From Candidatus Bathyarchaeota archaeon (GTDB lineage: Archaea > Thermoproteota > Bathyarchaeia > Bathyarchaeales > Bathycorpusculaceae), in contig OY970340.1 of NCBI GenBank assembly GCA_963717465.1, forward strand, positions 1,504,001 to 1,568,000: 64,000 nt of DNA. The letters run 5' to 3'. Below the pieces are notes generated by a model. It was given only the letters and a program-made list of their open reading frames with translations, ran no database searches and had not been told where the DNA came from. The first letter of the stretch is position 1. Each line of letters opens with the position of its first letter. Both the position numbers and the translations under genes were made by a program. Below, piece after piece: positions 19,605 through 30,001 of this stretch.

Positions 19605-20158
19605 CTAGTTTCTAATGCATACCGCAATATAACATTTTAAAAATTCTTCATCAAAAAACTGGACAATACTTAAGCTTGAATTTTTCAACATATCTATAAA
19701 TTCCAATTGGGTGAACGCTTTCTTTAATCCAGTAACCACAAATCTGCCATTTTGCACGGTAACACGTTTCAACTCGTTTAAAGTTTCAGTTGGTTTAGGC
19801 ATGTTTTGAAGTACAGTAAAAGCGAAAACCTCACTGAATAACGTGTTTTTGAACGGCAAAAAGTCTGCATCAGCCAACAACAAGTGAACATTGTTAGCTT
19901 TTCGGGTTTTTTTTTTTGCTTGAAGAAGCAACATGCGAGAAATATCAGCGCCAACAACTATTTCTGGCAAATCAACGTATCTGAAAAATAAGCCTGAGCC
20001 GCATCCAACATCCAAAACCACACTTTTCTTACTAAATTAATGTTGACTAACGCTTTTTTGTATTTAGCATCTTGTTCATCAGCATATCTTTCCTCGTACA
20101 TTTGAGCAGTTAAATCATACCGATGCATTATCTGGCGTTTTTTACTCCAACTCGTCAC
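19605..20158 (-). CDS. Class I SAM-dependent methyltransferase (frameshift near 20025)
   Basis: YDLTAQMYEERY N-terminus in one frame; VLDVGCGSG...GADIS...ADADFLPF in the next. Confidence 0.8.
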
Positions 20159-20224
20159 GGGTTTTCCTTCAAGAAATCTTATGTACCAATGAACCATTTA
20201 AAATACTCTTGGCTGAAAAACATC

Positions 20225-21001
20225 TTGCAAGAAAACAAGCTAGCAGTATTAACAGAACCAACTCTTACAGTGGCTAAGTCGCTGATTGAAAAAGCATTTC
20301 TTCAAAGAAGAACCATAATAATTGCAGGTTTATGCCAGGTAAATTATTCTGGAAGGGCAAATTCAACGCTTGAACTGGGTGAACGCATACTAATCATCAA
20401 AGCGGATGGTTCACTTCTCGTCCACAGGCCAGTCGGCTATGAACCTGTAAATTGGCAGCCTTCAGGAAGCGTCTTTCACACGCAAATAAAAGAAAACTGC
20501 CTTGAAGTGAATGCGGCAAGACAGAAACCTCGAGAAAACGTAAAAATCAAATTCTCAAGCATCCTTTTAGTTTCCGCCCTTAAGCTTTTGGACGCTGGAG
20601 AATTTGTTCTAAACGCAAGCGAAGAAGACATGCACAAAGCAATACTGATCAAAGCCTGCGCTTATTGAGGATGGCTTTAAACCGATCAGCTACGAGAAAA
20701 AAGTTGAACCAGGCTTTATGGATGTTTACGGCGAAGATAAAAACGGAAAACTTGTAGTGATTGAGGTTAAAAGGAAAACAGCTGGAAAAGACGCTGCCCT
20801 GCAACTTGCAAGGTACATTGACGCTTAAAGCTTAAGGCTAACCGGGAAATTCGAGGAATTCTTGCTGCGCCAAACCTTGGCAAAGATGTTCAGCGGCTTC
20901 TTTTCACATTGGGATTAGAGTTTAAAACGTTAGAGCCAAAAAAATGTGCTGAAGTTCTAAAAAAAGCTGGAACAGCTAAACTGGAAAAGTTCTTTCAATA
21001 A
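20225..21001 (+). CDS. nucS: Mismatch endonuclease NucS/EndoMS (two frameshifts)
   Basis: CQVNYSGRANSTL...ILIIKADGSLLVH...PVNWQP...SEEDM; downstream frame MDVYGEDKNGKLVVIEVKR...QLARY. Confidence 0.88.
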
Positions 21002-21076
21002 CGACAAATAAAAACTCAGAGGATTGGAAGTAAGATTAACACTTAGTAGCATAAAACTCAGCGTGAATCTGTGTTT

Positions 21077-21464
21077 TTAGAGTAGAGTTACTTTTACTTC
21101 CTGGATTTGCTTGTTTGCTTTTAGAGCTGTGATGAATGTTTGCATGGTTTGTGCGTCTCCTTTTGCTATAATGATTTCTATGCAATAGCCTTCCTCTATG
21201 TGAGTGTGCAGAAATGTAAGGACTATGTCGCCATACTCGATGTTGTGTGTCTACAATTTGGCTTCGCTTTGAACCTTTTTGGTAAATTATTGTTATCGTG
21301 GCAATGATTTTTCCTTTGTGCTCAGCCAAGTTTTTTGCCTCAGATATGTAAACCCGTAACGCTTGGCGTGTGATTTCTGAACGATTTTGGTAGCCTTGCT
21401 CTTTTATGTACTGGTCAACTTTTTCCAGTAAGTTATCAGGAATTGATATGCTAATAATGGTCAT
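21077..21464 (-). CDS. nikR: NikR-like ribbon-helix-helix regulator (frameshift near 21240)
   Basis: IISISIPDNLLEKVD...GYQNRSEITRQALR; other frame HTHIEEGYCIEIII. Confidence 0.75.
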
Positions 21465-21686
21465 GTTACTAACTTTAAGCGTTTAAGTATATAAATTTAT
21501 TAACATTTTAGAAAAATTTAATAATAATTGCACGATAGTGTTTTATTGGATTCTCCATGTGGAGCATTTTCAATCCGAGTTTGCCTTTACAGATTCAATG
21601 GCCGTTTTAGCCAGCACTATTATTTTTGCAATTCCAATAATTATTTATTAATTGGAAATAAAGATATCAAAATAGGCGAATTAAAA

Positions 21687-22118
21687 ATGAAAAGATACAC
21701 TGGCAAAACATCCACTGCAATAATCCCCTATTCTGAAGATAAAATTGTACTGATAAAAAGGAACACAGTTCCATTCAAGGGATATTGGGCTCTACCCGGC
21801 GGACGTGTAGATCCTGGAGAGACAGTTGATCAAACAGTCGTTCGTGAAGTTAAAGAAGAAACAGGTTTAGACGTTACAGTTGTCTCTGCAATAGGCGAGT
21901 ATGTAGAGAAAGGCATCATGGATGATGTTGATTACGAGTACTATCCAACCTGTTTTTTAGTCAAAGTTGTGGGTGGCAAATTGGAGCGGCAGGAAAGTGA
22001 AATTCAGGAAATCCAGCTTTTCAGCATAAGAGCGCTTCCAAATCCTCTGGCGTTTGAGCATGACAAGATGATTAAAGACTATTTGACATTTCTGAGAAAA
22101 AAATACGGTTGCTTCTAG
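21687..22118 (+). CDS. NUDIX hydrolase
   Basis: WALPGGRVDPGETVDQTVVREVKEETGL Nudix box. Confidence 0.92.
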   Translation: MKRYTGKTSTAIIPYSEDKIVLIKRNTVPFKGYWALPGGRVDPGETVDQTVVREVKEETGLDVTVVSAIGEYVEKGIMDDVDYEYYPTCFLVKVVGGKLERQESEIQEIQLFSIRALPNPLAFEHDKMIKDYLTFLRKKYGCF

Positions 22119-22245
22119 ATTATCGCCCTAAATGACAAAAGACAACAGTATCGCCTCTGAAATTCAGGCTAATTAAGAAAGATCAATTTTTGATTTATTG
22201 AGCAGTCTACAATATTTAATAGATTGAAAAAGCTCATTTTTAATT

Positions 22246-23460
22246 ATGGATTTTTTAAGGGATTATGCTGAAATTGTAGGCCAGAGTGTTATTGACAACC
22301 TCTTCGAGAAAGCTGACAGACTTTCTGGAAAACACATCGTGTGCATAAGTTCTACTTATCATGGTGGAGGCGTGGCTGAAATTCTGGATAGTGCAGTAAT
22401 ATTACTCAATGAGATCGGAGTAGAGATTGGTTGGCGAATTTTTCATGGAAGCCCAGATTTTTTTACTGTTACAAAGAAATTTCATAATGCTTTGCAAGGG
22501 GAAAAAATTAATCTGTCTGAACAGAAAAAGCGTATTTATTACGAGACAAATAGGCGGTTCTCTATTTTTACGCATATAGAGCATGATTTGGTTATGGTGC
22601 ATGATCCTCAGCCTTTGCCGCTGATAGATTTTTACCATAAAAATTGCCCTTGGATTTTCAGGTGTCACATGGACTTGTCAGCTCCCAATCCTGAAGTCTG
22701 GAATTATCTTAAACATTTCATTTCAAAATATGACCGTTTCGTGGTATCGCTTGATGAGTATAAGCAGGACTTGCCGATTCCTCAAAGCGTTATTCACCCG
22801 GCCATAGATCCTTTAACTTCCAAAAATAAGGAAGCATCCGAAGAAGACGTAAGTAAATACCTGAAAAAATTTGAGATAGATCAAGAAAGACCTATTATTT
22901 CTCAAATTTCACGATTTGACAAATGGAAAGATCCATTGGGGCTTTTAGACGTCTTTGAAATGGTCAGAAATAAAATGGATTGTCAACTGGTACTTCTTGG
23001 TGCTCTTTCTATTGATGACCCTGAAGGTCACTTAATTTATGAGAAAGTTCATGAAAAAGCAATGAAATCTCGCTATGAAAATGATATTAAATTGCTTATG
23101 ATCGATAATGATTTCTTGGTGAATTGTGTGCAGAGAGCTTCTTGGGTTGTTGTTCAAAAGTCTATCAGGGAAGGATTCGGATTGACTGTTTCTGAAGCTC
23201 TCTACAAGGGTACTCCTGTTGTGGCCTCTAACGTGGGAGGAATTCCTATCCAGCTAATCGACGGCTATGACGGATTTCTTCATGAACCTAAAGACTTTTC
23301 TGGATTTAGCCGCAGCATCATAAAATTATTGAAAGATGAAAAACTTAGAAAGAAACTGGGTCAAAACGGAAAAGAACACGTTAAAAAGAATTTCTTGATT
23401 ACCCGATTCATTTCCGACTGGCTAACACTTTTTGAAAATACAATGAAAAAGCATGAATAA
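22246..23460 (+). CDS. treT: GT4 glycosyltransferase, trehalose synthase TreT-like
   Basis: STYHGGGVAEIL, TKKFHNALQG, HDPQP, QISRFDKWKDPLG, QKSIREGFGLTVSEA. Confidence 0.8.
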   Translation: MDFLRDYAEIVGQSVIDNLFEKADRLSGKHIVCISSTYHGGGVAEILDSAVILLNEIGVEIGWRIFHGSPDFFTVTKKFHNALQGEKINLSEQKKRIYYETNRRFSIFTHIEHDLVMVHDPQPLPLIDFYHKNCPWIFRCHMDLSAPNPEVWNYLKHFISKYDRFVVSLDEYKQDLPIPQSVIHPAIDPLTSKNKEASEEDVSKYLKKFEIDQERPIISQISRFDKWKDPLGLLDVFEMVRNKMDCQLVLLGALSIDDPEGHLIYEKVHEKAMKSRYENDIKLLMIDNDFLVNCVQRASWVVVQKSIREGFGLTVSEALYKGTPVVASNVGGIPIQLIDGYDGFLHEPKDFSGFSRSIIKLLKDEKLRKKLGQNGKEHVKKNFLITRFISDWLTLFENTMKKHE

Positions 23461-24399
23461 TCTATTTTTTGTTTTTCTCCTGTTGCGGCTGCGGTATCGG
23501 GATTATAGATGCTTTTGTTAGGTTCTCTTGCTCATTAAGAATTAGTGATATGGCTTTTCCTTCAGGAACAATTATCTTGGTATTCTTCTCCAAAGCCGTT
23601 GCGATTGTTTCCAATTGCTTGTAGACGATTGCGCTATCCTTGAAGTACGTTGTTAAGACTTCATTTCTCAGTTTTTCGTTGCTTGAGCATCGCCTTCAGC
23701 TATCGCGATGGTAGCAGTTTTTTGGCCTTCAGCTTCGAGGATGACTGCTTGTTTTTGTCCTTCAGCAACCTGAATTGCAGCGTTCTTCTGTCCGCTTGCT
23801 AAGGTAGCTTGAGCTATGGCGGTTTTTTCAGCTGCTTGCCTATCGTTGTCTGCTTTAAGGACTGACTCCATGGATATTATCAGTTCTCGGGGTGGCTCCA
23901 AATCCTTGATTTCAGCACGAACAATCTCAATCCCCCACTTCTCAGTTTGTGCATCTAGGGCTGCCTTGAGGGAGGTGTTGATGATTGGTCTGGATGTGTT
24001 AGCTATAGCCATATCCATGCCGCCAATGATATCCCTAAGTACTGTTCTGGCAAGAATGTCGATTTGAGCTGAATAGTTGGCGACATTGTACTCTGAAGCT
24101 TTGACTGAGTTTTCATCAGACTTGACCTTGTAAAATACTACTGCGTCTACGCCCATGAAGACTTTGTCTTTGGTGATGACGTCTTGACGCTGTACGGGCG
24201 TCATACGCTCGGTAATGTTGACTCTTATTATGCGGTCAATTATTGGAAAAAGCAAGGTTACGCCTCCTTCAACAAAGCGGCGGTATTTTCCAAGGCGCTC
24301 AACTAAGCCTTTTTCAGTGGGTCTAACGATGTGAAACGACGCTACAAACAAATAAAGGATTACTGCTATGGGAACTACTATCGCCACTACTTCAAGCAC
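23461..24399 (-). CDS. SPFH/band-7 (stomatin-like) membrane protein; frameshift near 23672, end approximate
   Basis: N-terminal TM, VERLGKY, QDVITKD, WGIEIVRAEI, AEGQKQA repeats; coding-like frame continues past the called stop. Confidence 0.85.
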
Positions 24400-24512
24400 A
24401 CTTCAACCTTTGCTCCCTCTCTTATATTGTCTCATTGCGAGCAAGCATATTTGGGATTTAAGATTTGCTATTAGAAACAAACTTAAAACCATTAGGATTC
24501 AAACAAAATAAG

Positions 24513-24588
24513 CGGGCCCGGTGGGATTTGAACCCACGATCTCCGGCTCCGAAGGCCGACACCTTAATCCGTGCTAGGCTACGAGCCC
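24513..24588 (-). tRNA. tRNA-Arg(UCG)
   Basis: GGGCTCG acceptor, anticodon arm TCGGC-CT-TCG-GA-GCCGG, GGTTCAAATCC T-loop. Confidence 0.95.
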
Positions 24589-24864
24589 TTTTCCATGCGA
24601 TAACACTAGTACACGGAGCTAGAGATGATGCTTGCCTTTATCGGCTTTCGTTGCGGATTTCGTGTTTTTAAGAGTAAATGCAATATTTAGGCTTTGCATG
24701 TCCAACTATTCCATATAGGGTTTTCTAACTTCCACAGAATTTCTGATAGCTTTTCTTGCTGCTTCCCTGATTCTCGGACCACGCACTTCTACTTTGTTGT
24801 ATTTTTGATCTCCAAAGCATTCTGAAGGTAAAAATTAAATAAAGCGTGCCTTAACCGATATAGT

Positions 24865-25365
24865 ATGGATATCGGAATCGGGGAAATCGACAAAGAATTC
24901 TATAATCGACGTATAAAGGGGGTTGATTGGAAATCAATTTCTCCGGAAATAGCTAAAATATTGGTCAGCCCGAGTTTTTATCTTACGCAGGCGCAACTTC
25001 ATTATCAAAGAAAAATTCGAGAATTGCTGGTCGATTTCGATGTGACGGAAACTCAGTTTAACTTGCTTGTCCGCCTGATGGTATTGGCAAAAAAAGGGCA
25101 GGTAGTCACACAGATGAACCTTGCTAATTTTTTGAACGCAAATAAGATGCAGGTTTCAAAAGTCCTGCGTACGATGGAGAAAAAGGAGCTAGTTGTACGG
25201 AAAAAAAATCCGCTGGACGGTCGGGCGAGATCCATTGTAGTAACTGAAAAAGGGCTCAAAACTATTGATAATGTATTGACTCTTGTCGTGAAATTTGATG
25301 AGGGCTTCTTTTCCATTCTTGATAATAAGGATGAATTCGTAACACAGCTGAAAAAATTATTCTGA
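24865..25365 (+). CDS. MarR-family regulator
   Basis: VTETQFNLL...TQMNLA...VSKVLRTMEKKELVVRKKNPLDGRARSIVVTEKG. Confidence 0.9.
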   Translation: MDIGIGEIDKEFYNRRIKGVDWKSISPEIAKILVSPSFYLTQAQLHYQRKIRELLVDFDVTETQFNLLVRLMVLAKKGQVVTQMNLANFLNANKMQVSKVLRTMEKKELVVRKKNPLDGRARSIVVTEKGLKTIDNVLTLVVKFDEGFFSILDNKDEFVTQLKKLF

Positions 25366-25446
25366 CTACATGCATTTTCTTTAAACGTAATATTTTCTAG
25401 ACCAAAAATGCTAAATAGTAACCACGATTACTATATTACGATAAAA

Positions 25447-27235
25447 ATGCTGACCATTTCAAAAAATTTCGCGACTAAAACCCGCTGGTGGGCAGGACCA
25501 ATTTTCATCTTAAATCTTATCTCAATAATATTCGGAATCGCCTATCTTTCGTACTCTGCATACACAGTTGCATGGGAAGTTTTTGGAATTATCTTATTAA
25601 TTACATTCTTCGGCAATTTGCTCCTCGTCTACTTGTCAGATGGGGTAATAAACAAAAACATCCCAGCTGGCAATCGCCTAAATTGGGCTTGTTATGGATT
25701 CCTTATTATTATAATGCTGGCTATGGTGGGGATGTTAGAAGGCAATACCACCAGTTCAGGTACCTATTCTAACGCCTTCGGGATAGGAAATGCAATTAGT
25801 ATTGTGAGTTATTTTAGCATCGAAGTTATGGGCATGATAATCGCTGTTTGGGCTATTAGAATTCATCCATTTCGATCGGAATGGCAACCAACCCACAAAT
25901 TGGCTCACCAATCTATTCCTCATAAACGGGTTAGAATCATTATCCTCATTCTTTCATTCATATTATTAATGGTAATGGGATATTTTGCAATTGCAACTTT
26001 GGCTGGAGCAACAATTGCTTCTCTGACTTCAGGAACCGTACATATTACAGCTGGATTAGTCGGCGTTTATGCTGCGGAGTTCGGAGGATTTTGGGTTTTC
26101 ATTGCTCTATCCGCCACTATCTTTTTCTTAAAGGCTTCAAGGCGCTTTAATAAACGACTACTAGGCAACAATCATTTGTGCTTTAGGATTAGTTATCAGT
26201 CTAATACTCTTTATTCCGATGGTTGCAATGGCATCTTCCTTTCCAGCATCATCTGCGGATCAAGAAATGAACGACGCTTTTACTACTAGCTGGAGTGCTA
26301 TTCCATCAAATGTGGAATCCTATTTCTTATCCTCTCGCTTTAACGTACCAGCTTATTACTTAGGAATTCCAGCAGAAAATTGCGAGGTAATTCCAAATGT
26401 ATCCTTCTACAATGGGACAAGCGGGGTGGATGCAGGACTACAGTTGTATTTTGATGCCTATTTACCTCCAGATCATGGAATTGGTCTACCTGGTCAAAAT
26501 TCCACACTAATTAGAATTCATGGAGGAGGCTGGACCATAAGTGATAAGGGCTTTCCCAATACTCTTCAGATGAACAAGTATTTTGCCGCCCAAGGTTATT
26601 GCGTCTTCGATATTGAGTATGGTCTAACTAATCAATCGCCCCCCCTGATTCCGGAAGCACAATCTGTAACGCCTTCGTACACTGTAGGGAACTTCACAAT
26701 GAACGACATGGTTCGTCAAATCGGAATCTTTTGCAAGTATCTGACGACATATCATTCAGAATATGGTGCCAACATTAGCTCAGTTTTTATCGAGGGAGAT
26801 TCAGCTGGAGGGCAATTAACTTGTGCGACTGCACTGGCAATTGCCAGCGGTAATTATACGTCACTTTTCGGAACAGGTTTAACTGTTCGGGGATTCATCC
26901 CTGTTTATCCTGGCAACGGAAATCATAAAAATGCTGACTACGGTATTTTACCCTATTCTTTAGATAACAATGCAAGTTTACCCCAATTCTATGATCCAAC
27001 TCTCTTAGTGACTGCAAATAGTCCTCCCTGCATAGTGTTCCAGGGAACCCAAGATGGTCTTGTCAATCCAGCCACCTCAATAGCTTTGCAAACAGCCTAC
27101 AAAAATCAGGGAAACTCAGCATGTGCGCTGATTCTAATGCCGTTCGCAAATCACGGGTTTACTCTATATTTCTCTGATTATTATACGTACTTCCTCGTTT
27201 ATTATATGGAACGGTTTATGTATCTATACAGGTAA
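25447..27235 (+). CDS. Multi-TM membrane protein fused to an HSL-family alpha/beta esterase (frameshift near 26165)
   Basis: Hydrophobic N-half overlapping an ORF with HGGGW, GDSAGG, QGTQDGLV, ANHGF. Confidence 0.7.
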
Positions 27236-27302
27236 TGGCGTGGAAAGTGAAGACCCATAATTTTTTATGCATTTGCTTCCGTTTTTAATTAAATGATTGA
27301 TA

Positions 27303-27596
27303 ATGGTTAAAAAAAGGTTCAAACTATCAGCTAACATATCTAGTGATAATCCATCCGCAATCAAACCAGTGTTGGAACGGATCATAGGCAATAAAGGAGT
27401 TGTCAAGCCCACGGCTGAGGGTTTCGAAGTTAACGCAGAACTTGATGGAGAAAGCGCCAAAGACCTAAACCGAGTTTTGCTATCAGAAATGCGCAAGGTT
27501 GAGAAGAAGACTAGAATTCGCTCGGAATGGATTTTGAGTGATACGGTTGAAAGGTTTTTTGATTATGTGCTTAAGTCAACTCGGAAAGTAAAATAA
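27303..27596 (+). CDS. Hypothetical protein
   Basis: Intact ~97-aa ORF with normal composition filling the intergenic space. Confidence 0.6.
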   Translation: MVKKRFKLSANISSDNPSAIKPVLERIIGNKGVVKPTAEGFEVNAELDGESAKDLNRVLLSEMRKVEKKTRIRSEWILSDTVERFFDYVLKSTRKVK

Positions 27597-27676
27597 ATTT
27601 TAGTATTCCGAGAATGATGTCGTGCTTTTTTGTTTTTATTTGTTATATTGATATTTATTTCGAAAGATTAAAGAGC

Positions 27677-27693
27677 TACTATAGTTGATAGTA
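27677..27693. promoter_or_regulatory. TACTAT-N5-ATAGTA palindromic operator upstream of the BlaI-like gene
   Basis: Perfect inverted repeat 17 nt before the start; recurs at 29671-29784. Confidence 0.7.
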
Positions 27694-27710
27694 AATGTAG
27701 TGAACCATAC

Positions 27711-28160
27711 TTGACGGATGAGAAAAAACCCGGCGTCTCGCAATATAACATAGAGGGCAAAGCACTTGAAGCCTTCCTAGGTCCATTAGAATCAAGCATC
27801 ATGGACACAATCTGGACATCAAATAAGACGCCCCTAACAGTAAGGGAAGTTTACGAAAACCTCAAAAAAACAAAAAATCTAGCCTACACAACCATTATGT
27901 CAACGATGGATCGATTGTTTGAGAAACGCCTTCTTGACCGCAAAGTAGAGAAGGGCAGAGGCGGCTTATACTATGTCTATTGGCCTTCACTAGAAAAGCA
28001 AACCTTTCAAAAATCCGCTGTTCGAGAAGTACTCTCTAGTCTAATTGACAATTTCGGTGATGTGGTAGCTAACTGTTTAGTGGATGAAACAAGCCTGAAT
28101 GAAGAGGAACGTGCAGTTCTCAAAGAACAACTTAATAAAAACATGCCTAAGAAGAATTAA
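27711..28160 (+). CDS. BlaI/MecI/CopY-family repressor
   Basis: LGPLESSIMDTIW...LTVREVY...LAYTTIMSTMDRLFEKRLLDR. Confidence 0.9.
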   Translation: MTDEKKPGVSQYNIEGKALEAFLGPLESSIMDTIWTSNKTPLTVREVYENLKKTKNLAYTTIMSTMDRLFEKRLLDRKVEKGRGGLYYVYWPSLEKQTFQKSAVREVLSSLIDNFGDVVANCLVDETSLNEEERAVLKEQLNKNMPKKN

Positions 28161-28176
28161 AAGTTGGCCGTTCAAA

Positions 28177-29568
28177 ATGAACTTTGAAGCCATGCTCAAC
28201 CAAGTATTTCAACCATACTTCTACTACTCAGTCATATCTTTAGTTATTTCTTTTATCTGCGTAAAAATCTTAACAAAATACTGCAGCTTCATAAGCAATA
28301 AAACAAAAAGCTTCCTTTTCCTTACCCCGCTAATACTGCCTTTGGTAGTCATGATCATCTTCAATCCTTCAACAGTCATCCAAACGACCACTCAGAGAAT
28401 AGCTACTTTTGTTATGCCAAACGCAATTCAGGCAAACAACGTGTTTAGCACAGCTCCCGTTTTGCCGCCATCTTCCATGCCAGTGGGTATTATCGTAAGC
28501 TTTCTTACAATTACCGTCCCATCGTACACGGGAATAATCTGCATAATCGGCCTTATTTTAGGCGGATTGTTTGCTCTTCTAATAACGCTTGCTGATGACC
28601 GAATAACTAGAAGGATGCTGCATGTAATCTTGCTCTCTCCTAACGAGCAACCATGGTTAAAGGCGAAAGTGGATGAAGCCTCACAGAAATTGAAAATTGT
28701 CCCTCCGAAAATTGGAATAGTTGAAGATTTACGGCCGAACGCCTTCACTATTGGCTATGGGCACAGAGCAACGATTGTCTTCTCAATTGGTCTATTTAAT
28801 ATTCTTAAAAAAGAAGAATTAGAAGCTGTAGTGTCTCATGAACTGGCACATGTTAAGAATCAGGATTTCTTCTTCAAAACCCTATCAAACGCGTTAACAA
28901 TGATTTCCTTCTTCAACCCTATTGCATACATCGCTTCCTCAACCGCTCAAAGAGAAAGAGAAATGTTTGCTGATGAACAAGCAATCTTAACTTTAAAAAG
29001 ACCTGAAGCGTTGGCCGATGCGCTTGCTAAAATTTGCGTGGCAATTCAGACATTACCTAAAGAAGGAGCGCTAACCACTTTTTCTTCAAACCTCATAGTC
29101 GCATCATCAATTATTCATAAGGCTGATATACTCGCAACTCACCCAAAGCTAGATAAAAGAATTAAGAACATTTCGTTGATAAAACCAGGCAATAGCCATT
29201 GGAACATGAAAAATAAGTGGTATGCAATTCTGCTCTCTTTGCTTTTAGTTTCTTCAGCAGTAGCTGTGATGTTAGCTATGGCTAGTCTGCAAGCAAGTTA
29301 TGCCAGCACACAAATTAATTTAACTCCAACTGTATTAAATCTTGGTTCTGAAGGTTTAAGTTCAGTAAATGGTCCTCCCTGCTGCAATTCAATAATTCTG
29401 CATTCAAATAGCACTCAATATATGGTTGTGCAAACTTATCAGCCCATTGTGGTGATGGGCAACGGTAGTAATACGTTTGGTAATGTCCAGTATCGGTATG
29501 AGGGTGGCTTTGTTGTCGTTTTTCAAAATTCTACTTCTAATAGCGTAGGAATTTTTGCTTCCAATTAA
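28177..29568 (+). CDS. Membrane zinc peptidase (M48/M56, HtpX/BlaR1-like)
   Basis: PNAFTIG, VVSHELAHVK, REREMFAD, ATHPKLDKRI; TM segments; follows the BlaI-like gene. Confidence 0.85.
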   Translation: MNFEAMLNQVFQPYFYYSVISLVISFICVKILTKYCSFISNKTKSFLFLTPLILPLVVMIIFNPSTVIQTTTQRIATFVMPNAIQANNVFSTAPVLPPSSMPVGIIVSFLTITVPSYTGIICIIGLILGGLFALLITLADDRITRRMLHVILLSPNEQPWLKAKVDEASQKLKIVPPKIGIVEDLRPNAFTIGYGHRATIVFSIGLFNILKKEELEAVVSHELAHVKNQDFFFKTLSNALTMISFFNPIAYIASSTAQREREMFADEQAILTLKRPEALADALAKICVAIQTLPKEGALTTFSSNLIVASSIIHKADILATHPKLDKRIKNISLIKPGNSHWNMKNKWYAILLSLLLVSSAVAVMLAMASLQASYASTQINLTPTVLNLGSEGLSSVNGPPCCNSIILHSNSTQYMVVQTYQPIVVMGNGSNTFGNVQYRYEGGFVVVFQNSTSNSVGIFASN

Positions 29569-29670
29569 GTGTCATTAGTTGTGTTTCTTGTAGTTTTGTA
29601 GGTTTGGGACTTTGGGAATTTTGATAATGTTGGTAGTGCTTGATTAGGTTTGTTCGGATTTGTGTAAAGT

Positions 29671-29784
29671 TACTATTGGTAATAGTGGGTCTATAAAGGT
29701 TACTGTTGGTGAGGGCGGGTATATATAGACCGCTACTATCAATGTTAGTAACATTTATATTGGAAGCTATTACTTGTGATAGTA
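29671..29784. promoter_or_regulatory. Array of TACTAT-N5-ATAGTA-like operators upstream of the HtrA gene
   Basis: 29671-29687 (11/12 match), 29734-29750 (11/12), 29768-29784 (10/12), plus a half-site at 29701. Confidence 0.65.
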
Positions 29785-30001
29785 ACTACTCCCAACGAAC
29801 GGAAGTGGCCAGAAAAGACACCGCAAAACGCAAAATCCCCAAAATGAGCAAAAAAGAGGAACAAAAAATGACCACCACAAACATAAAAAGAACCCAGATC
29901 AAACCCCTATCATGCAAACAAACACTACTAGCCAATAAACCTCAAAGACAACAAACAGCAAAACCCCCAGGTGGAGGCAGCAAGCACAAGGAGGCCGAAT
30001 A

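Noticed and set aside
20640..20830. Programmed frameshifting in nucS and the liv genes
   Set aside because: Too many unrelated genes are affected and no consistent slippery motif is seen; sequencing error is simpler
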